IMG/VR virus record: IMGVR_UViG_3300046463_000164
Direction: 5' to 3' (one strand)
DNA from: a virus
DNA length: 64,000 nucleotides
The notes beneath the pieces were generated by a model. The model did not search any database and was not told the origin of the DNA. It saw only the letters and a program-made list of their open reading frames with translations. Positions 8,434 to 17,595 of this stretch are shown piece by piece (position 1 is the first letter of the stretch; the number at the start of each line of letters is the position of its first letter). The translations under genes were made by a program, and so were the position numbers.

Positions 8434-8793
8434 GTTTAAAGCTATCTCAATAGCAAATATGTATGATCAAATCTCTAATCTATTCTAATTCCTCTATACC
8501 CTCAGCATGGTGGACAGAAAGGATAAGATGGCCCATGCCCGATTAAGGGCACAGAACCACTATCCTAAGCAACTCATATACGGAGCCACATCAGGCCAAG
8601 GGTTAAGATATTTTCCCTTAGTAGTCACACCCTCTTGCGCTGTCATAATATCATAACAGTCGAGCCCCCAGGGTCACACCGGACAAAACAAAGTCCTAGA
8701 TTGCGGGGATGGCTTCGCTCGAAACACAGTAAGCCGTAAAACAACCTGCGCGCTGCCGTCTGCATACCGACCACGCAAGTCTACTAATTTAGA
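8434..8793 (-). ncRNA. Putative structured ncRNA or origin transcript
   Basis: No ORF of 60 aa or more; own promoter (8800-8828) and terminator; consecutive hairpins with G-U pairs on the minus strand. Confidence 0.45.
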
Positions 8794-8799
8794 CTACAG

Positions 8800-8828
8800 A
8801 TTATACGGCTATTTCACATAGAAGTCTA
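8800..8828 (-). promoter_or_regulatory. Sigma70-type promoter pointing into the non-coding region
   Basis: TAGACT-N17-TATAAT. Confidence 0.7.
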
Positions 8829-8848
8829 GAGCCTAAATTAATTTACAT

Positions 8849-9115
8849 ATGAAAGGAAACGAAATGAAACGTGATACCCGCAAGGCCATGAATTACCTGA
8901 AGCAACGAGTGGTGGACTTTTTCTTCGTCTACTTCGATCAGAAAACTTCCAGGAAGGTTTTCAACCGCCCTGAAATCGCTATCCCGATGATCAAAACGGC
9001 GATGTTGGATGGAAGTCCTAATAAGACTCGCCTAACCATCTACGCATCTGCCCTACGCGATGCTGTTGAGTACGAACGCCTACGCCTAGCCGACTCAGCA
9101 GAAACGGCAGGATGA
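8849..9115 (+). CDS. Hypothetical protein
   Basis: ORF after CTAAATTA (8833); AAGGA RBS favours the second Met. Confidence 0.55.
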   Translation: MKGNEMKRDTRKAMNYLKQRVVDFFFVYFDQKTSRKVFNRPEIAIPMIKTAMLDGSPNKTRLTIYASALRDAVEYERLRLADSAETAG

Positions 9116-9154
9116 GCTGCTAGTCACCCTACGTCACACTATAAGGAATAAAGA

Positions 9155-10660
9155 ATGACGGATATAGTTATAGAACGCGCTAATGCGTCCTTCATACGCG
9201 TGTACACTGATGATAACGGTATTCGTCAGGACATTGAAGATCACTTCTCGTATCAAGAACCCGGCTTCGTGAAAAATAAATGGACGAAGTGGAACGGACA
9301 AGTTCGCCTATTTAAGCGGCGCGGAAATACCCTACCATATGGCTGTCTACATATGCTGTTGGAACTAGCCAAGACAAACGGCTGGAGCTTCGAACTAGAC
9401 ACGGCTTTCAAGAACGATATCTCAGCGGTTAAGCGAGAGGAAATTGAAGACTGGGTCAAGACTCTGGATATACATACAGGCGGTATGCCTATTGATCCGT
9501 ATGACTATCAGATGGATGCTTTATATCTCGGAGTCCGGTTTGGTCGTTACGTTGCACTAGCGGCTACGTCTGCGGGTAAGTCTCTGATTGCCTATTTGTT
9601 GACTCGCTACTATGAAATGTTGAGCAATGAAGACGGTAAGAAGATTCTGATTATCGTCCCTTCTCAGATGTTGGTGGATCAGCTATATTCTGACTTCCAA
9701 GATTACTCTAGCGCCAACGGATGGAAGGTTCATGATATGTGTCACAAGATCATGGAAGGTAGACCGAAGAACGCAAATAAGATGATCTACATTTCGACAT
9801 GGCAATCTATCTATGAAGAAGATGAGGAATACTTCAAGCAGTTTGGTCGCGTCATCAACGATGAGGTTCACTTAGCCAGCGGCAAGTCGATCACAGCTAT
9901 CATGAATAACTGCACCAACGCTTATCAGCGTGTAGGTATGACCGGCACGCTTAAGGCTGAAAAGATTCACCCTATCTTGGTCATGAGCCTGTTTGGTCCT
10001 ATCAAGCGAGTAGTCACAACTAAGCAGTTGATTGATGCCGGGCGTGCCACGGAAGTCTATATCAAGATGTTCCAGTTGAACTACGATAAGACGGAATCTG
10101 AGTATGTCGCTGAATGCAGCTATCAAAAAGAGCTTGAGTTCATCATAGGACACAATCAGAGAAATAAGATGTTGGCTAGTCTTATGTCAAGCGTTAAGGG
10201 TAATACCCTTGTTATGTTTGATCGGCTAGAGCACATCGAGAATGTGAAAGCGTTTCTCGATAAGATTCCTCACGGCAAGAAGGTCTATGTCATCACCGGA
10301 GCGGTGGACCGTGACGAGCGAAACGACATTAAGGCTATTGCTGAGCAGGAAGATGGCGTAATCGTGCTAGGCACGCGCGGATGCGTTTCGACCGGGCTAT
10401 CTATTAAGAAGCTAAGAAACCTCATCTTCGCTCATCCTAGTAAGTCCATCATTACGATCCTTCAGGCAGTTGGTCGTATTATCCGACTCCATGATGAGAA
10501 GGGTAGCGCCCACGTCTATGATCCTATTGACAACTTCTCCTTCGACGGTAAGCCTAACTATGCACTAAAGCACGCATTGGAACGTTGGCAAATCTATAAG
10601 GATGCTGAGATGCCGATTGAGTTCAAATCAATAGCTATGAAGCCTCACGTAGAAGCATAA
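9155..10660 (+). CDS. uvsW: UvsW DNA helicase (SF2)
   Basis: PYDYQ, ATSAGKS, STWQS, DEVH, GMTGT, LQAVGRIIR. Confidence 0.93.
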   Translation: MTDIVIERANASFIRVYTDDNGIRQDIEDHFSYQEPGFVKNKWTKWNGQVRLFKRRGNTLPYGCLHMLLELAKTNGWSFELDTAFKNDISAVKREEIEDWVKTLDIHTGGMPIDPYDYQMDALYLGVRFGRYVALAATSAGKSLIAYLLTRYYEMLSNEDGKKILIIVPSQMLVDQLYSDFQDYSSANGWKVHDMCHKIMEGRPKNANKMIYISTWQSIYEEDEEYFKQFGRVINDEVHLASGKSITAIMNNCTNAYQRVGMTGTLKAEKIHPILVMSLFGPIKRVVTTKQLIDAGRATEVYIKMFQLNYDKTESEYVAECSYQKELEFIIGHNQRNKMLASLMSSVKGNTLVMFDRLEHIENVKAFLDKIPHGKKVYVITGAVDRDERNDIKAIAEQEDGVIVLGTRGCVSTGLSIKKLRNLIFAHPSKSIITILQAVGRIIRLHDEKGSAHVYDPIDNFSFDGKPNYALKHALERWQIYKDAEMPIEFKSIAMKPHVEA

Positions 10661-10662
10661 GC

Positions 10663-10692
10663 AAAAAGCCCCTCAGAATCTGAGGGGCTTTT
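10663..10692. terminator. Bidirectional terminator (identical copy at 48518-48547)
   Basis: AAAAAGCCCCTCAGAATCTGAGGGGCTTTT between convergent genes. Confidence 0.85.
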
Positions 10693-10711
10693 ATTTTGAT
10701 AATATAGTGGA

Positions 10712-10876
10712 TCACCCTAAGTCTAACATGCCCTTTTGTTTCTTAAGTCTTTCAGCCTGATCATCCAGATCGCGTTGAATGAATAGCAATTTAACGTCTA
10801 GCTGCCAAGGGGTCATGTTCATTATCTCGTAGAGATTCATATTGTGATCCCTAACCAGCACATGTTGTAGTTCCAA
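10712..10876 (-). CDS. 51: Short gp51-like baseplate hub assembly protein (start uncertain, possibly reached by frameshift)
   Basis: Hand translation LELQHVLVRDHNMNLYEIMNMTPWQLDVKLLFIQRDLDDQAERLKKQKG, resembling the short gp51 of T4-like phages. Confidence 0.7.
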   Translation of the reverse strand: MELQHVLVRDHNMNLYEIMNMTPWQLDVKLLFIQRDLDDQAERLKKQKGMLDLG

Positions 10877-10902
10877 GCGATCTATGAGCTGGCCGCCAAT
10901 AA

Positions 10903-11652
10903 TTATTGAAAAACTTCTTGAACAGAGTTAAACTCGATTTCGTGTACATGTCCGCATTTACTACAAGTCAACTTCTGCTCATAATGCAGATGAGGCATCG
11001 TAGAAAAGAATTTGTCATAAACTTCCTTCTTTTGCATTAGGGTTAGCTGATTCCAAAAATCTCTAAGTTGATCTCTAGTATATTCGTCAGCGTTATATAC
11101 ATTTTCGGCATCGAAGATAGATTCAATACAACTGATGATAGTTTCGATTTCATCGCTGGTATCCGCATCGGCGCTTTCTAGTACAGCAATGCTAGGATAG
11201 CGGAATTTAATACCAATGGGATCGGACACGATGATGGTATTTGTGTGTTCAGCTTCCTCGACAATCTTGAATTCACGAATGTCGATATTAACTGGCATTG
11301 TGTTGTTACATTTGACGGTAACGTCCCCTTCGTCAGTAGTGTTTACAATATCATTGGTGCATAGATATTGTTGCTCAATGATTTCGCCCACCGAATTCTG
11401 ACGTAGGCGCAGGAAGATTTCCTCAATTAGAAATAGCGGTAGTGAATCTACGTCCACATTTGGAGTTTGGCAGCAGGCTTGTACAATCTGCTTGATAGCT
11501 TGCATCTTTTCTCGTTCATCTTCCGCATCCTTGACCTGGATTAGAATGTCTTCCAATCCCACGGTGAAAGGAGTTAGCAAAATCTTTCCTTTAGGTAGAT
11601 ACTTGCTTTTGACTTCGAAAGTCTTTTTTGGGATGATAGGTAATGCGTTCAT
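10903..11652 (-). CDS. 26: Baseplate hub assembly protein gp26-like
   Basis: ALPII, PFTVGLE, FLRLRQNSVGE, GIKFRYP, FFSTMP, CSKCGH. Confidence 0.85.
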   Translation of the reverse strand: MNALPIIPKKTFEVKSKYLPKGKILLTPFTVGLEDILIQVKDAEDEREKMQAIKQIVQACCQTPNVDVDSLPLFLIEEIFLRLRQNSVGEIIEQQYLCTNDIVNTTDEGDVTVKCNNTMPVNIDIREFKIVEEAEHTNTIIVSDPIGIKFRYPSIAVLESADADTSDEIETIISCIESIFDAENVYNADEYTRDQLRDFWNQLTLMQKKEVYDKFFSTMPHLHYEQKLTCSKCGHVHEIEFNSVQEVFQ

Positions 11653-11695
11653 TTAAATCCTTCATTAATGGCGTCTGAAATAATTTAGGGCGATA

Positions 11696-11724
11696 TTTAC
11701 TTCACATACTATGCTCGGTATAAT
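11696..11724 (+). promoter_or_regulatory. Sigma70-type promoter for nrdBA
   Basis: TTTACT-N17-TATAAT with CATACTA. Confidence 0.8.
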
Positions 11725-11805
11725 ATAGTTTTTTATAGTCGATGTATCCATTTACCTAAATATTCGGCTAAGAGCAATTCCCAATTTCAAAGGTAAAGTG
11801 ATGAA

Positions 11806-12807
11806 ATGAATAAAGCAATTCCTAAAATAAAAACGCCCACCGAGTCCTATACGAACAAGGACTACCCTGAGGCAATAGAATACGCAGCAAAGCAAAATAG
11901 CGTTTTTTGGCTCCACGATGAAGTAAAGGTTGAGAAAGATAAGCAAGACCTGCTAGTTAATATGATCCCTTCTGAAAAGCATGGGGTCATTTCCGTTTCT
12001 AGGCTGTTCACTAAGTATGAGTTGTTTGTGGGTGAAGAGTGGTGGGGTGATGTCGTCGCTAAACGATACCCGCGCCCTGAAATCGCACGTATGGCTAGTG
12101 CCTTCGCTTTCTTCGAACTCAACGTCCACGCCCCATTCTATGCCAAGCTAAATGAAGAGCTAGGTATCGCAACAGACGAATTCTACACCTCCTATGTCAA
12201 TGATCCGGTTCTACATGACCGAATGACCTTCATTGGAGCTATGCTAGAGAATGAAGATGAGCTACTATCGCTAGCAGCATTCACGATGCTTGAAGGCGCG
12301 GTGCTATATTCATCCTTTGCGTTTCTTAAGCATTTCCAGAGCAACGGTAAGAATAAGCTGATGAACCTAGTTCGCGGGATTAACTTCTCTGTACGCGACG
12401 AAAATCTACACTCCGAGGCTGGTGCTTGGCTATTCAAGAAAGTACGCGACGAACTTAAACTTACCAAAAAGCAACTACATGCTCTGGTCGCTAAGATCAA
12501 TGCATGCGCGCTAAAGGTATTTGATCATGAAAGTCGTATCGTAGATATGATTTTCGAACAAGGGGATATTCCAGGAATTACCTCAGATGATTTGAAAGCG
12601 TTCGTGAAGCACCGTATCAATTTCTGTTTATCTAACCTAGATATTGAGCCGGTATTTACTGCAGCAGAAACCGTGAATTCTATCGAAGAATGGTTCTACA
12701 AGGGAATCAACGACTTTCAATTCAACGACTTCTTCAGCGGCGTGGGCAATCAGTATAATCGTAATTGGGAAAAGACAGCATTTGTTTGGAAAGGTAAAGC
12801 GCTATGA
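11806..12807 (+). CDS. nrdB: Ribonucleotide reductase class Ia beta subunit
   Basis: FW..E, ELNVHAPFY (radical Tyr), EGAVLYSSF, RDENLH, DFF. Confidence 0.93.
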   Translation: MNKAIPKIKTPTESYTNKDYPEAIEYAAKQNSVFWLHDEVKVEKDKQDLLVNMIPSEKHGVISVSRLFTKYELFVGEEWWGDVVAKRYPRPEIARMASAFAFFELNVHAPFYAKLNEELGIATDEFYTSYVNDPVLHDRMTFIGAMLENEDELLSLAAFTMLEGAVLYSSFAFLKHFQSNGKNKLMNLVRGINFSVRDENLHSEAGAWLFKKVRDELKLTKKQLHALVAKINACALKVFDHESRIVDMIFEQGDIPGITSDDLKAFVKHRINFCLSNLDIEPVFTAAETVNSIEEWFYKGINDFQFNDFFSGVGNQYNRNWEKTAFVWKGKAL

Positions 12808-14489
12808 GCATTTATGAAGAATTGAGTACAGAGCGCAAGAAGCTCCAAGCAGAAGGGCTTTTGCCTAGTTGGTATAGCACCGGTGGCTATCAGATGTTCA
12901 AGGACCGTTATCAATATGACGCACCGACTCCTAGACATCAATATGAGCGTATCGCTCGCACGGCAGCTAAACATACAAATAATCCAATTCGTTGGGAACG
13001 TAAGTTTTTTGAAATCCTATGGAACGGCTGGCTAAGCCCTTCTACCCCTGTTCTTGCTAACATGGGTACTAATCGGGGTATGCCAGTTTCATGTTCGGGT
13101 CAGTATATTGATGACTCAATCTACGGCTTTAAGGCGGCTGAACTAGAAACCTGCGTATTGACACAAGAAGGCTTCGGGACTTCTGGTTATCTTGGAGACA
13201 TTCGTGCTCGCGGTTCAAAAATCTCTCGTGGCGGTAAAGCAAGCGGGGTTCTTCCGGTCTATAAAGACTTTGTACAGGCGATGCGCGATGTGGCTCAGGG
13301 TACTGCCCGCCGTGGCGCTTGGGCTGGATATATTGAACCGACACACGGCGATTTTTATGAATTGGCAGCCTTCATTAAGAATAATCCTGATGACGCTAAT
13401 ATTGGTTGGTGTATCACCGATGCTTTTATCGAAGGACTAGACAACGGCGATCTAGACTTCTTGGATCGTTATCAGACCGCGATGGTTCTGAAGATGATCA
13501 CCGGCAAGGGTTATTTCTTCTTCCCGGATAAGGTCAATCGTCTACGTCCCATTGCATATGTAACTCATGATCTATTCGTCAAGGCTAGTAACCTGTGTTC
13601 TGAGATTGCACTATTCAGCGATGCTGACCACTCGTTCACTTGTGTATTGAGTTCGATGAACGCGGCGAAGTATCATGAATGGAAGCACACTGATGCGGCT
13701 TATGTAGCAACGGTATTCCTGGATTGCGTCTGTGCCGAGTTCCTAGAGAAAGCCCGTGGAATTAAGGGTCTGGAGAATGCGGTACGCTTTACTGAAAAGG
13801 GTCGTGCTCTTGGTCTAGGCGTTGCTGGGTTCCATACATATCTGCAAGCTAATAGCATTCCGTTTGATAGTTTCGAAGCTATTCAGTTCAACGATGAGTT
13901 GTTCAGTCATATTCGCGGTCAAGCTGATAAGGCTACCCGCGATTTGGCTAAGGAATTTGGAGAACCGGAATGGTGCGAGGGTCTGGGAATTCGTAATACT
14001 CACCTCATGGCAATTGCCCCGACAAAATCGACTGCGTTGATCATGGGCGGTATTTCTGAAGGTATCAATCCTGATCCGGCTATGACTTTCACGCAGCTAA
14101 CGGCCGCAGGTGAGGTTGATCGCGCTAATCCTATCCTACTAGAGTTGATGAAGCAGAAGGGCGTCTATGACGATGCTCATATGCTAGAACTAGCAAAAGC
14201 TCAAGGTTCAGTTCAGGCGGTTGACTGGCTGACGGATCATGAGAAGGAAGTGTTTAAGACTGCGTTTGAAATTAATCAACGTGCTATTATCTCGATGGCT
14301 TCGGCTCGTCAGATGTACGTGGATCAAGGCCAGTCTGTGAATCTGTTCTTCGATGCGGACGAAGATGAAGCGTATATCTCTGAGATTCATGAGATTGCAT
14401 TCAAAGACCCGTTCGTTACCAGCCTGTACTATAACTACAGCAAGGCTGGTATCGTTGCATCGCGCGGCGAGTGCGTCGCCTGTATGTAA
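12804..14489 (+). CDS. nrdA: Ribonucleotide reductase class Ia alpha subunit (short form)
   Basis: SPSTPVLAN, PVSC, SNLCSEI, AIAPT, DQGQS, SLYY, C-terminal CVAC. Confidence 0.93.
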   Translation: MSIYEELSTERKKLQAEGLLPSWYSTGGYQMFKDRYQYDAPTPRHQYERIARTAAKHTNNPIRWERKFFEILWNGWLSPSTPVLANMGTNRGMPVSCSGQYIDDSIYGFKAAELETCVLTQEGFGTSGYLGDIRARGSKISRGGKASGVLPVYKDFVQAMRDVAQGTARRGAWAGYIEPTHGDFYELAAFIKNNPDDANIGWCITDAFIEGLDNGDLDFLDRYQTAMVLKMITGKGYFFFPDKVNRLRPIAYVTHDLFVKASNLCSEIALFSDADHSFTCVLSSMNAAKYHEWKHTDAAYVATVFLDCVCAEFLEKARGIKGLENAVRFTEKGRALGLGVAGFHTYLQANSIPFDSFEAIQFNDELFSHIRGQADKATRDLAKEFGEPEWCEGLGIRNTHLMAIAPTKSTALIMGGISEGINPDPAMTFTQLTAAGEVDRANPILLELMKQKGVYDDAHMLELAKAQGSVQAVDWLTDHEKEVFKTAFEINQRAIISMASARQMYVDQGQSVNLFFDADEDEAYISEIHEIAFKDPFVTSLYYNYSKAGIVASRGECVACM

Positions 14490-14551
14490 GCTAAATCATA
14501 GTACGAGGGGAGAGATTATCTCTCCCCAATTTTAAACTAATTGTAAAGACG

Positions 14552-14971
14552 ATGACTAATAAAGTTAGAGCACTCAAAGAGATTTTTGCTAAGATTGACC
14601 CTAATACGGAACTGCAAGTTGGCGATAGTCCTACTGGCTCGGGTCGTATTGTTTATGGTCCTTTCCCATCGTTTATCTTCCTAGTTGAAGAAGATGAGAA
14701 AGAACCCATCCGTGCTCTTGTACACGTTAATGCCGACGCGCCTAATCTGATCTATATGTTTAATGCATTCAGCAGCGAGTTGGATATTTCTTTTGATGGT
14801 CCTTTCGCCGTAGATGGAGACACCGGCGCTTTGATTCTGGGACCTGATGCCTACAAGAAGAAAGAGGATAACATTCTGATGTTTGCACAACAAATCCTTG
14901 AGCGCCGTAGGAACGAAAGAGAAACCGCATTGATTGTGCCTGACGAAAAGAAGATCGTCATTGCTCAGTAA
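14552..14971 (+). CDS. Hypothetical protein
   Basis: 139-aa ORF ending in IVPDEKKIV. Confidence 0.65.
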   Translation: MTNKVRALKEIFAKIDPNTELQVGDSPTGSGRIVYGPFPSFIFLVEEDEKEPIRALVHVNADAPNLIYMFNAFSSELDISFDGPFAVDGDTGALILGPDAYKKKEDNILMFAQQILERRRNERETALIVPDEKKIVIAQ

Positions 14972-14980
14972 GGATTTGAT

Positions 14981-15226
14981 ATGCTGACTGTATACTCGAA
15001 AGACGCATGCGCGCAATGTCTACAGCTGGAGAATCTGTTGAAGATTAAAGGCAAGACGTTTGAAGTAAAGAAGTTGGATAAGGATTACACTCGTGAAGAT
15101 TTGACGGCTATCTTTGAAGCTGCAGGTCAACCGATGCCGCGTTCATTCCCCATGCTATTCAACGGCTCTACGTTCGTTGGCGGCTTTAATGAAGCCCGCG
15201 TGGCGGTAATGACTGGAAAGCTATGA
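14981..15226 (+). CDS. Glutaredoxin
   Basis: YSKDACAQC, RSFP, VGGF. Confidence 0.9.
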   Translation: MLTVYSKDACAQCLQLENLLKIKGKTFEVKKLDKDYTREDLTAIFEAAGQPMPRSFPMLFNGSTFVGGFNEARVAVMTGKL

Positions 15227-15366
15227 GTCTCCTTAAGTTTGAAATGACTTGCCATAATGAAGAATGCGGCAAGACGGCTATTGTGTTAGTCGATCCGGAA
15301 GAATCCCAAGCTCCTAATATTTGTCCTTTCTGCGGTTCAGAATCCTCTGAGGATACATCAGACTAA
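15223..15366 (+). CDS. Small zinc-ribbon protein (47 aa)
   Basis: Hand translation MSLLKFEMTCHNEECGK...ICPFCGS; ATGA overlap. Confidence 0.6.
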   Translation: MSLLKFEMTCHNEECGKTAIVLVDPEESQAPNICPFCGSESSEDTSD

Positions 15367-15392
15367 GTTCTCTGTATACCAACGGAGAATTT

Positions 15393-15950
15393 ATGATCAT
15401 CGCAGGAATTGATTACAGTTACACCAGCCCCGCTATTTGCGTATTTGATACGACGAAAGAGCTAAAGTTTGAAAATTTGAATTTCTATAATATCAACGGC
15501 ACTAAGAGTCGCGCCGGACAATATGGCGGGAATATCCAAATCAAACTATTCCGGGATTATGAAACGCAAGAAGAACGATTCAGAAACATCTGTAATTGGG
15601 CTTCAGGCATTCTAATCCATCACGGAGTTAAAGAGGCTTGTATTGAGGGTTATGCTCTAGGTGCAAGTTCAGGACTAGTGTTCCAGATTGCTGAGAATGC
15701 TAGTTTGCTGAAGCAGTATATGGATTTGAATGATATCAAGTTTGCTACTCCTGCTCCATCCCAGGTGAAGAAGAATTTCACCGGGAAAGGAAACGCAAAG
15801 AAAGATGTCATGGTGGAGACGTTCCAGAAACAACTATCAGTAAAGATTCACGAGATTCTAGGTGTCAAAGAAATGGCCAAGCCCATTGATGACATTTGTG
15901 ACTCTTATGCTGTAATGAAGTGTCACAGTTTTTTCACAGAGGTAAAATAA
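15393..15950 (+). CDS. RuvC-like Holliday junction resolvase
   Basis: AGIDYS, IEGYA, IAENA, KKNFTGKGNAKK, DICDS. Confidence 0.85.
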   Translation: MIIAGIDYSYTSPAICVFDTTKELKFENLNFYNINGTKSRAGQYGGNIQIKLFRDYETQEERFRNICNWASGILIHHGVKEACIEGYALGASSGLVFQIAENASLLKQYMDLNDIKFATPAPSQVKKNFTGKGNAKKDVMVETFQKQLSVKIHEILGVKEMAKPIDDICDSYAVMKCHSFFTEVK

Positions 15951-16459
15951 TGAGCGGAGCATCATCAGCTTTCACACAAGGTTATCTAACTGACCGACAA
16001 GCAGCAAATATTAAACGGCGTGACTTAGACTTGAGCGAGCTAATTGAGCTTTGCGCTCAACCTGAGAAGTTTGAAGATAGGGTTGCTGCTGTGCAACGCT
16101 ATAGCGCTATCTATCCCGAACTGAAGTATTTCCTCATTGTAGCCTATTTCTATCGGGACGCTTTCAGCGACATCTTGTCTATTGGTCCTTTAGATTGGCA
16201 ACCGTCTAATGTGCCGAAGGGTGGCAGCGTAGAGACTCTGAAGAGTATGTGGCGACAAGTGAACCGTATGTATGATACGTTTCCTACGGGACCAAGAACT
16301 AAGAGAGCAGTGGCTCACCAGTTGCTACCGTCCTTGCATAAAGACGACGCTAAATTATTGGCTGAAATTATTCAAGGTAAATACTATAGGAAGGAACTCA
16401 ACGAGTCAGTTGTAGCTGCGGCCTTTCCAGGGGACGTGCCTCAAGACCCAAACGCATAA
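15950..16459 (+). CDS. Conserved T4-like hypothetical protein with a candidate -1 frameshift extension
   Basis: ATG at 15950 after GAGG; LLPSLHKDDAKLL...VVAAAFP. Confidence 0.7.
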   Translation: MSGASSAFTQGYLTDRQAANIKRRDLDLSELIELCAQPEKFEDRVAAVQRYSAIYPELKYFLIVAYFYRDAFSDILSIGPLDWQPSNVPKGGSVETLKSMWRQVNRMYDTFPTGPRTKRAVAHQLLPSLHKDDAKLLAEIIQGKYYRKELNESVVAAAFPGDVPQDPNA

Positions 16460-16530
16460 AGCCAGCTTTGAGGACTCGACATTTTGAATTCTGGCGTCGA
16501 GTCAAATTGAAGTTATTCAAAGCTGGCTAG
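16447..16530 (+). promoter_or_regulatory. Candidate -1 programmed frameshift signal
   Basis: In-frame C CCA AAC, 6-7 nt spacer, stem AGCCAGCTTTGA/TCAAAGCTGGCT. Confidence 0.55.
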
Positions 16531-16550
16531 AATCATAATAAAAACCAACC

Positions 16551-16583
16551 AAACCGGGGAAACGTAAAAGTTTCTCCGGTTTT
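16551..16583 (+). terminator. Intrinsic terminator
   Basis: AAACCGGGGAAAC-loop-GTTTCTCCGGTTTT. Confidence 0.7.
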
Positions 16584-16703
16584 CCATTTTTATCGGCGCT
16601 TTACTATGTTCGTATAGTAGGGTATAATCTAATTTTACATAATCCATATTTTAAGGCAATCTAGCGAAATCAAAATCTATCATAATTAATAAAGGAGTAG
16701 TAT

Positions 16704-17201
16704 ATGCTTGCCCAATTCAAGGCGATGATAGTATCAATGTTTATGGCAGTTAACATCGGCGCATCTCAGCCACCAGCCATAAACATGGACAATATAGATA
16801 ATCTCAAAGAAGTAGCTTGCCTATCGCAAGCTGTTCACGGCGAAGCCGGTAATCAATCCATGGAAGGAAAGATTGCTGTAGCCTATGTGATTATCAACCG
16901 TACAAAGAGCAGCAATTTCCCAGACGATGTATGTGCGGTAGTAAGACAGCGAGGTCAATTTGACTTTCTCAAGAAGGTCACTTGGATCAAGGAAGATAAA
17001 CCAGGCGTAAAGAAACAAATGGAGGAATCGATCAAGGCATCTTTGGTGGCTTGGCAAGGGGATCGAGCAGACCCGACTCATGGGTCTTTGTATTTCGTCA
17101 ACCCTAAGTTAGCCACTGACAAGAATTGGCTTGTTCACTATAAGGTGACTGCTAGGATCGGGGATCATGCTTTCTATCGTCCTAGACGGTCGGACATGTG
17201 A
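16704..17201 (+). CDS. SleB-like cell wall hydrolase (Hydrolase_2) with N-terminal signal/anchor
   Basis: CLSQAVHGEAG, VAYVIINR, VC.VV.Q..QF, DPTHGSLYF, IGDHAFY. Confidence 0.88.
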   Translation: MLAQFKAMIVSMFMAVNIGASQPPAINMDNIDNLKEVACLSQAVHGEAGNQSMEGKIAVAYVIINRTKSSNFPDDVCAVVRQRGQFDFLKKVTWIKEDKPGVKKQMEESIKASLVAWQGDRADPTHGSLYFVNPKLATDKNWLVHYKVTARIGDHAFYRPRRSDM

Positions 17202-17273
17202 CCTTCGTCTTACGATAGCTAAAAAGGGGTCTATAATAGGATAAAAGAACGTAACTTTTAGGGGAGCACGACG

Positions 17274-17510
17274 ATGGCAAAGATTGAGTTATCCCATGAA
17301 GAGGTTTCGGCATTAGAAAGTATTCTCAAGCGTTGTCTGCGCGAGAATCACGAAATGATCGAGAAGATGCCATCACTTGGTATCAAGCTACAAAGGGAGA
17401 ACGAAGAAGTAGGCAAGGTAATACAAAAACTTCTGATAATTCCCCGTAACTCTAAACCCATGCCGTTGTATTCTATCTCCGAGTTCAATAACAAGCTGAT
17501 TATCAAATAA
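17274..17510 (+). CDS. Hypothetical protein
   Basis: RBS GGGGAG and ATG. Confidence 0.6.
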   Translation: MAKIELSHEEVSALESILKRCLRENHEMIEKMPSLGIKLQRENEEVGKVIQKLLIIPRNSKPMPLYSISEFNNKLIIK

Positions 17511-17529
17511 TAAAATTCAGCTGCCCTAC

Positions 17530-17558
17530 TTTACTTCATACATACTCCATAGTATAAT
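17530..17558 (+). promoter_or_regulatory. Sigma70-type promoter
   Basis: TTTACT-N17-TATAAT. Confidence 0.8.
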
Positions 17559-17595
17559 AGTATCTGTTGTTTAGATAACTAACTATGGAGTATGA

